From positions 1 to 56,848 of the forward strand of contig CAYOQQ010000004.1 of NCBI GenBank assembly GCA_964406165.1: 56,848 nucleotides of DNA, given 5' to 3'. Made by a program: the position numbers and the translations under genes. Positions within the stretch are counted from its first letter, which is position 1; each line of letters starts with the position of its first letter. Below the pieces are notes generated by a model. It was not told the origin of the DNA. It saw nothing but the letters and a program-made list of their open reading frames with translations, and searched no databases. The stretch is from an uncultured Candidatus Saccharibacteria bacterium (lineage in GTDB: Bacteria; Patescibacteriota; Minisyncoccia; Phycocordibacterales; UBA5272). Of the stretch, positions 56,695 through 56,848 are shown piece after piece.

Positions 56695-56848
56695 GATGTC
56701 AGTTATTGATACTGATACAACTCTTCCGATTGCAATCATCAATCAGCGTCCACTTCAGGCTCGTATCAAGGAATTCTTTACAACCAACCAGCTTTCACAG
56801 TTCATGAACCAGGAAAACCTTCTCGCAGAAGTTGAGCACCTTCGTACT
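56681..56848 (+). CDS. rpoB: rpoB continuation in the +1 frame (partial, runs out of the window)
   Basis: The translation VIQDKMSVIDT...IKEFFTTNQLSQFMNQENLLAEVEHLRT matches the conserved RpoB segment (B. subtilis ERVVRERMS...[28 protein letters not shown]). Confidence 0.85.

Overview
This is an AT-rich (by eye about 60% A+T), tightly packed bacterial chromosome segment read with the standard code. The gene content looks like a reduced CPR/Patescibacteria-type genome (inference only): a secretin-less type IV pilus with ComFC, GatCA, a membrane-anchored Clp-type ATPase, many small bitopic membrane proteins, and tRNAs lacking encoded CCA.

Layout:
- 0.3-2.9 kb: surface and membrane proteins.
- 3.0-7.8 kb: cyoABCD-cyoE quinol oxidase operon.
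- 7.8-12.8 kb: housekeeping genes (CapA-like, flavoprotein, ung, META-domain protein, comFC).
- 12.8-26.1 kb: type IV pilus cluster pilM-(N/O-like)-pilB-pilT-pilC-pilin-pilD plus four minor pilins. The pilin-pilD pair is present as a 1531-bp tandem duplicate.
- 26.1-29.9 kb: ligA-gatC-gatA.
- 30-32.4 kb: a Ca-binding-repeat/TM/His-rich protein and a secreted EEP nuclease.
- 32.5-38 kb: an accessory tRNA-rich region with three tRNAs and orphan genes.
- 38-45 kb: membrane Clp-like ATPase, rhodanese, trhO, murI, prmC, CPBP protease.
- 45.1-48 kb: a visibly more G+C-rich three-gene insert.
- 48.3-56.8 kb: DEAD-box helicase, peroxiredoxin, DUF305, DUF1993, ABC-2 exporter, flavodoxin-like reductase, hydrolase and the 5' part of rpoB, which has an apparent frameshift.

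The best candidate for something undescribed is a family of about 120-250 nt structured modules. They sit convergent with two different tRNA genes (initiator tRNA-Met and tRNA-Asp). Each module is bounded by an antisense copy and a sense copy of the T-arm/3' end of its own neighbouring tRNA. The modules share internal blocks, and their hairpins show compensatory changes. They are either a new tRNA-linked ncRNA or miniature element, or serial T-loop att scars of a lost integrative element family.

Secondary candidates:
- The orphan genes between the tRNAs, including a 614-aa protein with a SLOG/LOG-like C-terminal domain.
- The G+C-rich insert encoding a ParB/DUF262-like protein.
- A 25-bp perfect inverted repeat pair 14.4 kb apart.
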